Shown: one piece after another, positions 47,902 to 58,751 of the stretch
How positions within the stretch are numbered: the stretch's first letter is position 1
How the letters are laid out: every line of letters starts with the position of its first letter
Assembly (NCBI GenBank): GCA_965198225.1
Contig: CBDAOY010000002.1
Coordinates: 1-64,000 of the forward strand
DNA from: Terriglobia bacterium
Lineage (GTDB): Bacteria; Acidobacteriota; Terriglobia; 20CM-2-55-15
Direction: 5' to 3'
Length of the DNA: 64,000 nucleotides
Notes under the pieces: generated by a model
Database searches by the model: none
What the model was told of the DNA's origin: nothing
The model's input: the letters and a program-made list of their open reading frames with translations, nothing else
Translations under genes and position numbers: made by a program

Positions 47902-50721
47902 TCACCGACGCGCTCGCGCCGATTTTCGCCTTGTGCGCTGTCGTTTCGATTTCGTCTTCATCACCGCCGCCAGCGGCGCGCGCATCTTCTCGTAGAGCAT
48001 AAACAGGTACTCGACGCGCTCGCGTTCGGAAGTGAAGCGCGGCCGGCGATAGAGGCGATCAACGGCCCGGTCCAGCGCGTTATGTGCCGTTCGGAGGTTA
48101 GGCGGCATCAGGTCAGGGTCGTATAGATCGGCCAAAGTTGCGTCAGCGTGGACAGCACGGGCGTCGAGCACCGCCTGCGCGACCGGTTCCAGTTTCGATA
48201 GGTTCGCGCCCGCAGGTGGAGTGGGGAAGGTGTTGTAGACGAGGCCGATGGAATAGCGGTAGTCGCTCTTTAGTCGCCCGCCGATGTGCCGCAGCCACGC
48301 CATGTGCATGGCCGAGCTCAGAAGCGCGAAGTCCGTAAGAGTCGCGTCATTTAGAAGACGCACGAGATTGCTGGGAATGGTCGGCGGCTCAAGCCAGCCG
48401 ATGGGCGCATACTCCCGCCGCTCCGAACTGGATTCCGGGATGACCAGGAAGGGTGCGCTGGGGATGACATCAACGTTGTACCGCGTCGGATAATCGACAA
48501 TCGCCAAGGTGCTCTTGCGCTTGCTTTTCGCCCGAAAACGGCTGACCGCAGCCATGCGCTCCCGCACGCGAGGAAGATTCTTCAACGTCGGCGGCGATGC
48601 TTCCTGCAACGCCAGAATCCAGCGCTCGCCTCCTTGCAGGTATTCACGAGCACCGACATAGGGGCGAAGAAAGCGCGCGGCATCCGGCTCGGCTTCCAAC
48701 AGTGCGGCGCGCTCCTCCGCATTGAAGATGTACTCGCCGTCATCGATGGGCTGGCTTCCGCTAATCAGCCTACCCATCCCGTTGATCGGCGCACTCTCTT
48801 CCCGCACCACGAGATGCGGGTCGGACAGCCCGCCGGCGTCGAACAGGTAGGGCGACAGCACCGCGTGGCCGCTTTCCTCCGGCTCGCCGTTGATGTCGGG
48901 ATAGCTGAACAGGCGCTTCTCCGGTCGCGCAGCCTCCCGCCGGTCGAGGCCGAGAATGACGACATGAACGTGCGCCTTGCCGCGTGCGTCCGATCCCCAC
49001 GCGAACGTGCGGTGAGCGAACGCGATCTCCAGCTTGCAGCGCTCGAACAGGACCGGCCAGAGTTGCGCGACCTGCTCGCCCTGCGTGATCGAATTGGTCG
49101 CGACGAAGCCGATCCGCGCGCGGCTGCCCCTCACATACTCTCCCGCCTTGATGAACCACGCGGCGACGTAATCGAGCGTGCCGCCGCTCTTGCCGAGCGC
49201 AGCGATCCCGCGCACCAGCGCGCGTTGTTCCACCGTCTGATACTTCGCACCGACAAACGGCGGATTGCCAAACACGTAGGAGCAATCTTCCGGAGGCAAC
49301 AGGTCTGTCCATTCGGTTTCCAGCGCATCGGCGTTCCAGATATGCGGCGAGCCTTCAAGCGGAATGCGGACGTAGCTCTGACCAAACGCCAGGCTCAACC
49401 GGTTGTTCATGATGTGATCCATCATCCACAGCGCGGTCTCGGCGATGCGGGCCGGAAACTCGCCGATCTCAATGCCGTAAAACTGGTCCACGGTGATCCA
49501 TGACAGAAGTTCGGCAGTCGTGAGCGCCTGTTGTTCCTCATCGCCCCGGCCGCGGCGCAATTCCCGGATCAGTTCAATTTCCAGTTCCCGCAATTCCCGA
49601 TAGGCAATGATTAGGAAATTGCCGCAACCGCAAGCAGGATCGAAGAACTTCATTTCGCCCAGCCGCTTCTGAAAGGCTTTCAGTTCGACACGGCGGCGAG
49701 TCTTACGCGCCCTGAGCCGTTTGAATTCCACTCTCAGATCGTCGAGAAACAGCGCCCCGATCACCTTCAGGATGTTCTTCTCAGTTGTGTAGTGGGCACC
49801 CTGGGCGCGTCGCTCAGCAGAGTCCATCACAGACTGAAAGAGTGCACCGAAAATGGCAGGGGAGATGGCCGACCAGTCGAAGCGGCAGGCGTCGATCACC
49901 GCCGTCCGCATCGCCGCGTCGAAATCGGGAATGGAGAGCTTGTCCGCGAACAGGTCGCCATTGACATAGGGAAAGCGGGAGAGGTCTTCATCAATCTTGG
50001 CCTGACGTTGGGCTACGGGCGTATCCAGCACCTGGGACAACCGCGCCAGCCATCCGCCGAGGTCTGAGCCGTCTTCCTGGGTCCGGTTCTCCAGCAGGTC
50101 CAGAAAGATGTCGCGCGGCTCGAAGATGCCGGTGTCATCGGCGAATAGGCAGAACACTGTGCGAACCAGGAACAATTCCAGGTCATGGCCGCCGTAACCG
50201 GACGCCTCAAGTGCGTCATGCAACCGCCCAATTACCTCTGCTGCTTCGACGTTGACTGGGTCTTGATCGCGGAAGGACCGGCGCTGCACGCCCAGAATGA
50301 AGGAGAACCTCTCGATATGGCTGGGCAGGTCCGCTATGGCGAAATCGATGTGTTCGTCTTCGTCCAGGTCGTGAAGCTCGAACGTCTGGAAGTCGCTGAC
50401 CAAGATATGGCGCGGACGGTCCCTCTCAGGCAGGCCGTCGAAATACTCCCCGGCCTGCCCGTAGGCGCGATTGAGATCGCGTCCCGCACTCTTCTGCTCG
50501 ACGATCAGGACACCCGGCCAGAACAGGTCGATGAACCCGGATCGGTCATCCAGCTTCCGTACATGCGCTTCGTAGCGCGCGACGGTCCGCCGACGCACAT
50601 CGAAGATCTCGAAGAACTCGTTGTAAAAGCTCTGCGTCTCGCCTTCCTCGTAGGCCGCATCCTGCCACTCTTCCGCGAAGCGGGCCGCACGTGCACGCAT
50701 TTCGTTCCAGGACAGACGCAT
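47902..50721 (-). CDS. MmeI-like type IIL restriction-modification fusion (nuclease + m6A MTase + TRD)
   Basis: FIDLFW...IVEQKS (PD-ExK), GAHYTTEKNI, FDPACGCGNFL, GNPPF, DYRYS...YNTFP, TLADLYDP. Confidence 0.93.
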   Translation of the reverse strand: MRLSWNEMRARAARFAEEWQDAAYEEGETQSFYNEFFEIFDVRRRTVARYEAHVRKLDDRSGFIDLFWPGVLIVEQKSAGRDLNRAYGQAGEYFDGLPERDRPRHILVSDFQTFELHDLDEDEHIDFAIADLPSHIERFSFILGVQRRSFRDQDPVNVEAAEVIGRLHDALEASGYGGHDLELFLVRTVFCLFADDTGIFEPRDIFLDLLENRTQEDGSDLGGWLARLSQVLDTPVAQRQAKIDEDLSRFPYVNGDLFADKLSIPDFDAAMRTAVIDACRFDWSAISPAIFGALFQSVMDSAERRAQGAHYTTEKNILKVIGALFLDDLRVEFKRLRARKTRRRVELKAFQKRLGEMKFFDPACGCGNFLIIAYRELRELEIELIRELRRGRGDEEQQALTTAELLSWITVDQFYGIEIGEFPARIAETALWMMDHIMNNRLSLAFGQSYVRIPLEGSPHIWNADALETEWTDLLPPEDCSYVFGNPPFVGAKYQTVEQRALVRGIAALGKSGGTLDYVAAWFIKAGEYVRGSRARIGFVATNSITQGEQVAQLWPVLFERCKLEIAFAHRTFAWGSDARGKAHVHVVILGLDRREAARPEKRLFSYPDINGEPEESGHAVLSPYLFDAGGLSDPHLVVREESAPINGMGRLISGSQPIDDGEYIFNAEERAALLEAEPDAARFLRPYVGAREYLQGGERWILALQEASPPTLKNLPRVRERMAAVSRFRAKSKRKSTLAIVDYPTRYNVDVIPSAPFLVIPESSSERREYAPIGWLEPPTIPSNLVRLLNDATLTDFALLSSAMHMAWLRHIGGRLKSDYRYSIGLVYNTFPTPPAGANLSKLEPVAQAVLDARAVHADATLADLYDPDLMPPNLRTAHNALDRAVDRLYRRPRFTSERERVEYLFMLYEKMRAPLAAVMKTKSKRQRTRRKSARARR

Positions 50722-50790
50722 GGTCTAAGGGTCTTCCATTTCAGACATGTCGAAATAATCCTCGGGCTGCCGTGGTGATGGCGACCATAG

Positions 50791-50809
50791 TGTACCATCT
50801 AATGTTACA
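50791..50809. promoter_or_regulatory. Putative HigA operator
   Basis: Imperfect palindrome TGTACCATCTAATGTTACA immediately upstream of higB. Confidence 0.55.
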
Positions 50810-50818
50810 CTTCCTTTT

Positions 50819-51097
50819 ATGATCAAGGGGTTCGCTTCCAAGGTCCTCAGGAGGGCGTTTGAAGATGGACACTATCGGAAGATCAACCCTCAATGGAGGT
50901 CCAGGGTTGAACTCCTTCTGGACGCACTGGACGCGGCAGAGAAAGTGGGAGACTTGAACCTGCTAACGCTCGGCGCCCACCCGCTGAAGGGCAACCGAAA
51001 GGGTGAGTGGGGAATGACCGTGACGAAGAACTGGAGAATTACCTTCAGATTCGAGGCGGGAGACGCCATCGATGTAAACCTGGAAGATTATCACTAG
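50819..51097 (+). CDS. higB: HigB (RelE/ParE-family) toxin
   Basis: MIKGF...HPLKGNRKG.W.MTV.KNWRITFRF...EDYH. Confidence 0.92.
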   Translation: MIKGFASKVLRRAFEDGHYRKINPQWRSRVELLLDALDAAEKVGDLNLLTLGAHPLKGNRKGEWGMTVTKNWRITFRFEAGDAIDVNLEDYH

Positions 51098-51112
51098 AAC
51101 GGAGGGCGCGAC

Positions 51113-51415
51113 ATGGCTAGAAGTCTGGAGAGACGACCGACGCATCCAGGCCGGTTGCTACGGAGCGAGATCGAGGCTCGGGAACTCAATCAGGGGCAGG
51201 TGGCGGATCTTGTCGGCGTCGGGCGCAGGACCATTAACGAGATATGCCAAGGACGAAGACCGATGAGCACCGACATGGCGCACCGGATCGGGAAGCTCTT
51301 CGGCAACGGTCCGACGCTCTGGGTCAACATGCAGAAGTCGATTGACATCTGGGACGCTGAACGCGAGCACTCGACAGAATACGCAAAGATTCAGACCTTG
51401 GAGATAGTTCGATAA
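51113..51415 (+). CDS. higA: HigA antitoxin
   Basis: PTHPGRLL; HTH VGRRTINEICQGRR; FGNGPTLWVNMQ. Confidence 0.92.
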   Translation: MARSLERRPTHPGRLLRSEIEARELNQGQVADLVGVGRRTINEICQGRRPMSTDMAHRIGKLFGNGPTLWVNMQKSIDIWDAEREHSTEYAKIQTLEIVR

Positions 51416-51516
51416 AGCGCGCTTGTCATTTGGTTTTAGGGGTTCTGGCGCAGATAGGATTGTCGGAGCGATAAGATCAGGAGTGCGCTACGGCGATGCG
51501 GACTATGCTGCCATGA

Positions 51517-51968
51517 CGTGCCGCCAGATCACCCCAGGGATTCGACCGCCAGCTCTGCATCGAGGCGTTACAGATGGCCATCGCAGCGCGTCTCGACACC
51601 CGGGGCTGCATCCATCATTCAGATCGGGGCGTGCAGTATGCCTCCGACGACTACATCGACATCTTGCGAACACACGGCTTCCAGATCAGCATGTCGGCGA
51701 AGGGCAATCCCGGGGACAACGCTTTCGTGGAGTCGTTCTTCAAGACGTTGAAGTACGAGGAGATCCATCTCTGGAACTACGAGACCTACGAGGACGTGAT
51801 CGAACGTGTCCCATACTTCATCGAGGAGGTCTACAATCGCAAGCGGCTGCACTCCTCAATCGGCTATCGTCCGCCGATCGAGTTCGAGCAGCTCGTGAAC
51901 TTGAAACGCGCCGATCGGCCTATTCTCAATCTTTGACGAAATCTGTCCAGTTTTGGGGGCGCACTCCC
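51517..51968 (+). mobile_element. IS3-family right-end remnant (integrase core C-terminus)
   Basis: IHHSDRGVQY, GNPGDNAFVESFFKTLKYE, YNRKRLHSSIGY; end-like CTGTCCAGTTTTGGGGGCGCACTCC. Confidence 0.85.
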
Positions 51969-52196
51969 CCCTTGGGCTACTGGTCGGCGCCAGTCCGGTT
52001 GAGGCGCTCCCACTTGAGAGGCCAACGATAACTAAAGTTCTCGTTCTGAGTGGAGTGTTCCATCCCCCGTCCCGCCTGTGGAAACGTGGTATCCGGTTTC
52101 GTTTCATGATGGACCCGGTCATCGGAAAAGGCAGGATGACTAACGAGTGCTCCCCTGTGCGATCTGGCCAAGGCCGGGCAAAGCTGTGAAGAACAC

Positions 52197-53897
52197 TCAT
52201 GGTCCGGTAGCAATCGCGACGAGCCCCTGCTCCACTTCTTCGTTCCGGTCTACGTTGATCACGACGCCTCGATTCCAATAAGGCGCCATGAACCGGTCGT
52301 TCATCCATGCGCGATGGGGGATCATGGTGAAGGCGAACAGCCTATAGGCACCTGGGCGGATACGGCGGATCGTGAACCGGCCGGACTGGTCCGGGTAGAC
52401 GGTCTTGTACGCTTCCTGGTCGCCCCTAAAGGGCTGTCCCGGCACGAGAACAACGTGCGCCTGGCCCATCGCATTGCCCTGCTGGTCGGTCACAGCGCCT
52501 TGGATTTGGCCGCCGCCTCGTCGTAATTCCAGCACCAGTTCGCCTGGAGGGTCTCCGCTTAGATCGAATGCCCGGCCGAGGATGTTTTCGGCTCCCAATC
52601 GGGCGGCTGCCAGGTAGACATCTTCCGGGGGCCTCGGCGTCAGGACGAGTCGGTAGCGCCCGCGAGCGGCGGCGGGGATCTCAAACGTACCGTCCGCTTC
52701 CACCATCTGGTTTCGCCCAAGAAAAGCAGTTGGTGCGAGAATTCCGGGCTTCTCGTCTGCAGCAAACAGCAGTGGTATGAACTGCGTCAGGTCGATTGGC
52801 GAAGCGGACAAGGACTCATCCGTCAGGATCCGGCCCGTGAGCAACACACCGGGGTCGATCGTCACCGTCAGACCCGTCACGTCCCGATCAAATACATCCA
52901 CAGAGGTCGAGCCCGAGTAGAAGGTGATCTCGGGAGGTCGGCCGATCCCGTAAGCGGCATACAGGGTGTAGGACCCTGGTGGCACGCCCCGAATCTCAAA
53001 CTCATCATCTCCAGTCGCGTAGTTTCGGAGTGACTCCGGTCGCTCCCCGAGTGCGCAGTCCCGCGGCACCAAATAGAAAGTATCGATCCGGCTCGAACCA
53101 TCGGACGTGAGTGGATTTATCGTTCGACCGAGAACGCGGACCTTCGGTACGGCGTTGAAGGTGAAGTCGATTGCTGTCAGCTCCAATCCCGGCAGCACCT
53201 GTACCGATACGGCCTCCGCGGCGCTCGCGACGCCGGGATAGTAAGTCGGCGCCATGGTTTTCACCACCATGGGGGAGCGCCGCGTTTCAGACGGATCGTA
53301 CGCCACGCGGACGTAGTAGGACCCTGGTGCGAGTCCAAAGAAACGGTACTGACCACGATCATCTGTTTTAGCTGGTTCAAAGCGGCCTGGTTCAAAGGGG
53401 TTCGGCTCCGCATCCGACAGAACGCGACAACCGCTTCCACTGTACAGGGACTGGAGCAGCCGGACTTCGGCCCCTGCCAGTGGCTGTCCGTCTTGTCGAT
53501 ATATGCGGCCGGCGAGGACGCCAGCCCGTATCAGCCGAAACACGACGTGTGGAACTGGCTGATCCAGAGTGACGTCGATAGTCGCGGTTGGCCGATCCGG
53601 TGTCGTTTGTCCGTATTGTTGTGGCACGTAGGCCGCGTGTTGAGCCTGAAGTCGGTAGCGCCCGGGCTCGATTTCCTCAAACCGAAAACGCCCCCCCTCC
53701 CCGCTTCTTGTGTCCCACTCGCCCCGACTTTCTAGTCGGGTGAGAACTAGTCTCGCACCCCGGACAGGCTGACCCCCGGAGTCCAGGGTCACGCCTGAAA
53801 TTGATCCTACCTGCGGTTCCGCCAAAGGTTGCTGTGCCATCCCCGCAGGGGTAACTACCAGCAGACAAAGGAGGGTGGCCAGAATCGATCGGATCAT
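52197..53897 (-). CDS. Secreted protein with repeated carboxypeptidase-regulatory-like (transthyretin-like) domains
   Basis: Signal peptide; repeated ISG.V.D..GQP..GA.V, TD..G.YRF..L.PG.Y, TYYPG. Confidence 0.85.
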   Translation of the reverse strand: MIRSILATLLCLLVVTPAGMAQQPLAEPQVGSISGVTLDSGGQPVRGARLVLTRLESRGEWDTRSGEGGRFRFEEIEPGRYRLQAQHAAYVPQQYGQTTPDRPTATIDVTLDQPVPHVVFRLIRAGVLAGRIYRQDGQPLAGAEVRLLQSLYSGSGCRVLSDAEPNPFEPGRFEPAKTDDRGQYRFFGLAPGSYYVRVAYDPSETRRSPMVVKTMAPTYYPGVASAAEAVSVQVLPGLELTAIDFTFNAVPKVRVLGRTINPLTSDGSSRIDTFYLVPRDCALGERPESLRNYATGDDEFEIRGVPPGSYTLYAAYGIGRPPEITFYSGSTSVDVFDRDVTGLTVTIDPGVLLTGRILTDESLSASPIDLTQFIPLLFAADEKPGILAPTAFLGRNQMVEADGTFEIPAAARGRYRLVLTPRPPEDVYLAAARLGAENILGRAFDLSGDPPGELVLELRRGGGQIQGAVTDQQGNAMGQAHVVLVPGQPFRGDQEAYKTVYPDQSGRFTIRRIRPGAYRLFAFTMIPHRAWMNDRFMAPYWNRGVVINVDRNEEVEQGLVAIATGP

Positions 53898-54489
53898 AGT
53901 GCCCTCATTTGTCGGTTTCCAACCTCATTCCTTCTCTCCGGTCCGCGCGAAACCTTATTCGCTAACCCCGTGTTGACAACAAGGGACTTACGCCGTCCGA
54001 CAGGCTGCTAGAGACGTGAACAACCCCATCGTCTTATTCAGTCCTCCGTGGCCTGGGCACCTCTATTCCTTGGACTTGGCACGCCGGTCAACGGTTGGCC
54101 AACAAAGATCGCGACCCGAGAGACCGCCCCCCCAAGCGCCTGATCCTTTATCATTATGTCCCGGGATGCCGTCCTTCGTGTACCGTCCCGCGTCCCCGGC
54201 TATGTTTCCCCTTCAGGGGCGAAGGACGCCTCCGCGGGACCACCGCCGCCGGCTGCAGATCTGGACGATCGGTGTTCGTCGACTCAGCCCCGTCCGATGC
54301 GAAGGGCATGCACGATGGCAAGCAGCCAGACAAGATGCCCCAGAAAACAGCTAGGCCGGGGTATCGATCAACCAGCGGGAGCGACACGGCGGCGGCTACG
54401 TACACGGCCCCGACCGCGATCCACTTCGGTTTCAATCTCACGGTTCCTCAAAATCGGCTCGGGCAGGGGTGCGTCGCGGAATCCAAGGG

Positions 54490-55305
54490 TCAGTCCAGAA
54501 AGGCGGCGGTCATGACCAATATCATTGCACTCTCGCCAACGGTGGCTTTACCGACGACGACCTGCTGGCCCTCCGGGATGTTCACGTCTGTATGGATTCG
54601 GGCGTCGACGTATTGAGTCCGCACGACAGGAGGGTCGGTGTCACCGGCGGACTGCGGCTGAAAGTTTCCCGATGGCACTGGGAAACGAAAGCTGCTTCTC
54701 ATCTCCGTCAGTTGCAGCACAGCCGCGCCAAGCTCCGGAGCGACGATTTTGAAATTGGCGCGGAAGTTGTAGAAGATGGGCATGTCCGGAAACGTGCCTA
54801 ACGGGGGAGGCCTGAGTGCCCCTCCCGTGTCTGCATGACGGCCATCGATTGCCCGGAGCAGGACTGTGTCGAGAATCTCGAAGTTGGAATAAGAAAAGAT
54901 CCTCCTAAGCTGTTCGACAACGGGTCGAACAGGACCGGGCAGCGGGTCTGATTCCGTGTGGTCGTTGCCGCTCAGGATATACACGGTCAGTTCCACAGCG
55001 CGTGGGACTGTAAGCACATCCAGCCGGGTAATGGTTTCTTCGATGGCAGTCATGATCTCGGGCCGGGAGCGGACCGTGAGGGTCTGGAGATCGTCGTTGC
55101 TTCTGAAATCGGCCGAAAAGAGCGACAGCGTCGCTTCCAGCGAGGTCGGCTCCAAGTGCTTGATCTGGAATACACGCGTAAGCAACTCCTGAGCTTCAGC
55201 CGTGGGGGGCCCACCCAGCAGCATCATCGTGACAACCGCCGACAAGACGATTTGGGAATAGACCTTCATCATACGCCTCCTTTGTTCCGCGACCATCTCA
55301 TTCAT
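54490..55305 (-). CDS. Secreted hypothetical protein with secretin/NolW-like N- and C-terminal segments
   Basis: Signal peptide; RVFQIKH...LTVRS.PE....IEETITRLD; IHTDVNIPEGQQVVVGK. Confidence 0.65.
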   Translation of the reverse strand: MNEMVAEQRRRMMKVYSQIVLSAVVTMMLLGGPPTAEAQELLTRVFQIKHLEPTSLEATLSLFSADFRSNDDLQTLTVRSRPEIMTAIEETITRLDVLTVPRAVELTVYILSGNDHTESDPLPGPVRPVVEQLRRIFSYSNFEILDTVLLRAIDGRHADTGGALRPPPLGTFPDMPIFYNFRANFKIVAPELGAAVLQLTEMRSSFRFPVPSGNFQPQSAGDTDPPVVRTQYVDARIHTDVNIPEGQQVVVGKATVGESAMILVMTAAFLD

Positions 55306-55592
55306 TGGACTAGCCCGGCCTGGCGGCGTGCTTCCAGAAAACTTGTGTTGTCAGCCGACGGCCCCTCCCCATCGCGACCCGAGCGGCCAGTCCCCCTATA
55401 TTGTCCGGTCAGCAAAGGATCGATCTCCAGCAAATCCGCCCCCCCCCCGCCGTGTCACCAACATCATAGTCGGGGAACCGGCCGCGTCACTGTTTGAACT
55501 TCCTTCCGGTAAACTGGCGGGGTTACCATCCCATACTGCCAAGGAGGAAAACGGGCTTGAGTCGGCGAGATGCGTCTTGTAAGTATCTTCGG

Positions 55593-55672
55593 ATGAAGAG
55601 CCCATTTCGCTATTTCAAGACCTGGCCCGAGATCATTCGGCTTGCCGTGATGATGTATGTTCGTTTCCCGCT
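55593..55672 (+). mobile_element. IS6-family transposase N-terminal fragment
   Basis: SPFRYFKTWPEIIRLAVMMYVRFPL. Confidence 0.75.
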
Positions 55673-55679
55673 GGAGACT

Positions 55680-57347
55680 ATGATGATGTGGGTTAGGTGC
55701 CTGGCTTGTGGGCGGCCATCTCGACGATTGCTGAGGAGCCTTCGATTGCTCGTTGCCTTGATTGTTATCTACTTGGCGACAGTTCCAATCGGTTCCGCAC
55801 AGGAGAGAGGAGGCGTCGTAAAGGGAAGAGTTATCAGTGCCGCCAGCGGAGCTCCGATCGTCGGCGCAGATGTGTTTCTTAGAACCACCCCGGGTCGCGA
55901 AATTGCTACCAAGAGCGATCTTGAGGGTAAATTCCAGTTTGGCAACTTACCGGCGAACGTGTACTTCGTACGGGTCTCCGCTGAGGGTTACCGCCTGATA
56001 GGTGATGCACGGAGGGCAGAACCATCCGTCCGAGTCGACGTTCCGCAGAACGGTGCTGGCATCGATGTGACACTCAGCCTTGCACCTGGTGGATCTATCC
56101 TGGGGCGAGTATACGATGAAAACGGTGCCGGTATCCGGGAGGTGGTGGTCCAAGCTTTTGAGCAGACCCACGATCGATATGGTAGCCGTACTCTAAGGAG
56201 AGTTGGAGATCGAGTACGAACAGGTGAGAACGGAGAGTTTGTCATTAGTGGGCTAGTTCAAGGGCAGTATTTTCTGCGCGTCAGAAGAGGATCTAATAGC
56301 GAATTAGGTCCTGACTATCCGCCGGTTTTTCACCCTGGCACGACCGACCCTGAAATGGCTTCGCCTGTTGTAATCCCGTCAAGTTCAGCTGTCGTAGCGG
56401 TGGGTATTGATTTCTGGAGACGAGATACAGCAACAATAAGCGGGTCGATCATCAATGAGGTAGATCCTGACAACCGAGAAGCCATACGGGAGTTCTTCCT
56501 TGTGCCGGTCAAAGAAGGCGCAGACCTAAGGGCAGTGAATTCGAGCCCAAGGGACTCGCCCTGGAAGTCGTATCGACTGGAAGGGGTTCTACCGGGAACT
56601 TACGACCTATACGCGGTGTTTAGGCCTGACGACGTTTCGTTCTACGGACGAACAAGAATCGAAGTAGGAGTTGATGATCAAGATAACGTGAATCTTGTGA
56701 TTCGTCCCGGCGTCTCGGTGAGTGGACGTGTGACAGTCGGCCAGGCAAACGCCAGCGATGCAGTTACAGACGCAATTACTACGATGAACCTGTGGCTGGA
56801 TCCGATGCATGTAGTAATGATGATTCCTCTGCTGAGTCCTACGATAGAGCCAGACGGGAGCTTTCATATTGAGAACGTTCCGGACCTGGATTTCTTTATT
56901 GCACGGATCGATGGTCTGCCTCGTGGAATGTACGTGCATAACGCACTCTTGGACGGTGTCGACGTGCTGCATCAAAGATTCAGGATACAAAGATCGGCTT
57001 TCCTGGAGATTCAGCTGGCCGGAGGCGGGGGACATGTCACGGGTGGTGTGCTCGACGACAAACGACACCCGTTCAAGGGGAAAGCTGTTGTAGGTCTCAT
57101 CCCGTACCGACGGCCTGGGCCCAACCCGCGGTTTAGTTTTCGAGTCGGCCCAACGCGAACGGGCCAGTTTTCGATCGATGCTGTGCCTCCGGGTGAGTAC
57201 TTGCTCCTGGCTTTGGAAGGAGTCAGAAACCAAACGAGTCTGTTTAATGATCGCTTTATGGCGAGGTACCGTTCTCAGGCGGAGCGGATAGTAATCGAAC
57301 CGGGCTCGGTTTTGAGTCAGGATATCGTCGTGATCGCTGTACAGTGA
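55680..57347 (+). CDS. Second carboxypeptidase-regulatory-like domain repeat protein
   Basis: Signal/TM segment; VKGRVISAASGAPIVGA, ILGRVYDENG, VFHPG, VPPGEYLL. Confidence 0.82.
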   Translation: MMMWVRCLACGRPSRRLLRSLRLLVALIVIYLATVPIGSAQERGGVVKGRVISAASGAPIVGADVFLRTTPGREIATKSDLEGKFQFGNLPANVYFVRVSAEGYRLIGDARRAEPSVRVDVPQNGAGIDVTLSLAPGGSILGRVYDENGAGIREVVVQAFEQTHDRYGSRTLRRVGDRVRTGENGEFVISGLVQGQYFLRVRRGSNSELGPDYPPVFHPGTTDPEMASPVVIPSSSAVVAVGIDFWRRDTATISGSIINEVDPDNREAIREFFLVPVKEGADLRAVNSSPRDSPWKSYRLEGVLPGTYDLYAVFRPDDVSFYGRTRIEVGVDDQDNVNLVIRPGVSVSGRVTVGQANASDAVTDAITTMNLWLDPMHVVMMIPLLSPTIEPDGSFHIENVPDLDFFIARIDGLPRGMYVHNALLDGVDVLHQRFRIQRSAFLEIQLAGGGGHVTGGVLDDKRHPFKGKAVVGLIPYRRPGPNPRFSFRVGPTRTGQFSIDAVPPGEYLLLALEGVRNQTSLFNDRFMARYRSQAERIVIEPGSVLSQDIVVIAVQ

Positions 57348-57384
57348 GGGTTACCAGCAGCGAAGGTGTCGAGGCCAGTTTAAC

Positions 57385-57508
57385 CTAGGAGCGTAAGTCT
57401 GTCGGGAATTGGCTCCCTCGAAGCAAGAATCAACAACTTACGAGCCATCCCTGGTCTGTAAGTTGTTGATTCTTGGTTGCAGACTTCTTATTCCCGACAG
57501 GCTCCTAG
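57385..57508. mobile_element. CTAG-bounded miniature element
   Basis: CTAGGAGC...CTGTCGGGAAT / ATTCCCGACAGGCTCCTAG ends; internal IR CAAGAATCAACAACTTAC/GTAAGTTGTTGATTCTTG; similar end CCGACAGGCTGCTAG near 54000. Confidence 0.65.
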
Positions 57509-57575
57509 CAAGACCGGAGGGCCCTGTCTGTACCGGTTTAGTGTTTCCCCGACACCGGGATCGACTAACGCCGAT

Positions 57576-58751
57576 TCATTGCTCGAAATCGGGCAGGCCC
57601 GACATGCGGACCTGGTGAAGAGGGTTGGTTGTGCGAACATGAATCTTGCCCGACTCGTAAAGGCTGGATTCGGACGCATAGAATCCGATTGAGTACTGTG
57701 CGCGGATCTCCGCTGCGATTGCATCAAACACGGAATCAATCTCGGCAGTCCAGTCCCCGATGGCCTGGGTCACGTCTAACCCATATGTTTTTCCACCACT
57801 CTCTCCCGTCAGTGTCGCCATCATGTCACTCGGATACCAAAAGATCTGATCTGGAGTGTAGTAGTCCGCACGCGGGCAAGTACCGGAGGTGGTCCGAGTT
57901 GTCCAAAGAGGAGTGGTCCGAGTTATCCTACGAGTTTTGCTGGAGAAGCTCGGGCGCATCTGCTCGACCAGGCTCGGTGTCGGTGTCGGGCGCCCGGCCA
58001 ACATGGCGCGTCTGCGGACAGCAATCCCCGGTTTGAGTTCCTCTTCGACTTCCTCTAGGGGGCCGGCCTGAAGGAGAATCCCATAGATAACTACACCGGA
58101 GTCTCGGATTTCCGTCCGAAACTGACCTTTGGTTGTGCAGTGAAATCCCGTGATACCGTCACTGATGACGACCAATGCTTTCTTGTAGTGCTGGCCACGC
58201 TTGTGTTTGTCCAGTACATCAACAATCGAGTCCGGGATGTTGGTTGATCTCTTGTAGAACTCCACTTCCCGTAACGCGTCGTGCATTCTATCGACGTCTC
58301 CCGTAAAGTCCTGCAGGAGATCCGCTTCCTGATCAAACTTCATCAAGAAGAATTCATCTCCGCTACGCATGCTTTCAACGAACTGTTCAGCTGCGGCCAG
58401 AGCTGAGACCCACTTGTTCTTCTGGATCATGCTGCCGCTCGTGTCGATTACAATTCCAAGCGTCACAGGAACGTCCTGACTCACGCTCTCAATCCCAAAG
58501 TGCTCGATGTTCTGCGGCACCCCGTCGATCTCCACGACGAAATCCTACACATCGAGGTCCGACACCGGTACACCTTCACTGTCGGTCACTGTGACGACCA
58601 GTTGTTTGAGATTGACGTCCACACGAATGAGTTGTTGCGCGTTGATCCAACTAGGAAGGGCCACCGTCAGCAGCCCGGAAGTAACAATCATTGTTAAAAG
58701 GTAGCGGCTCAGGGTGACTCGATCGGACCCGATTTGTAAGTCGAACTTCAT
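57576..58751 (-). pseudogene. VWA-domain protein (Acidobacterial VWFA-related type) split by an in-frame TAG at 58545-58547
   Basis: IRVDVNL..LVVTVTD..G.PV.DLDV*DFVVEIDGVPQ.I; MIDAS DTSGS; ISDG; IRAQYSIGFY. Confidence 0.85.

Noticed and set aside
54154-54441. Small membrane protein ORF
   Set aside because: Hydrophobic N-terminus but appears frameshifted and has no assignable family
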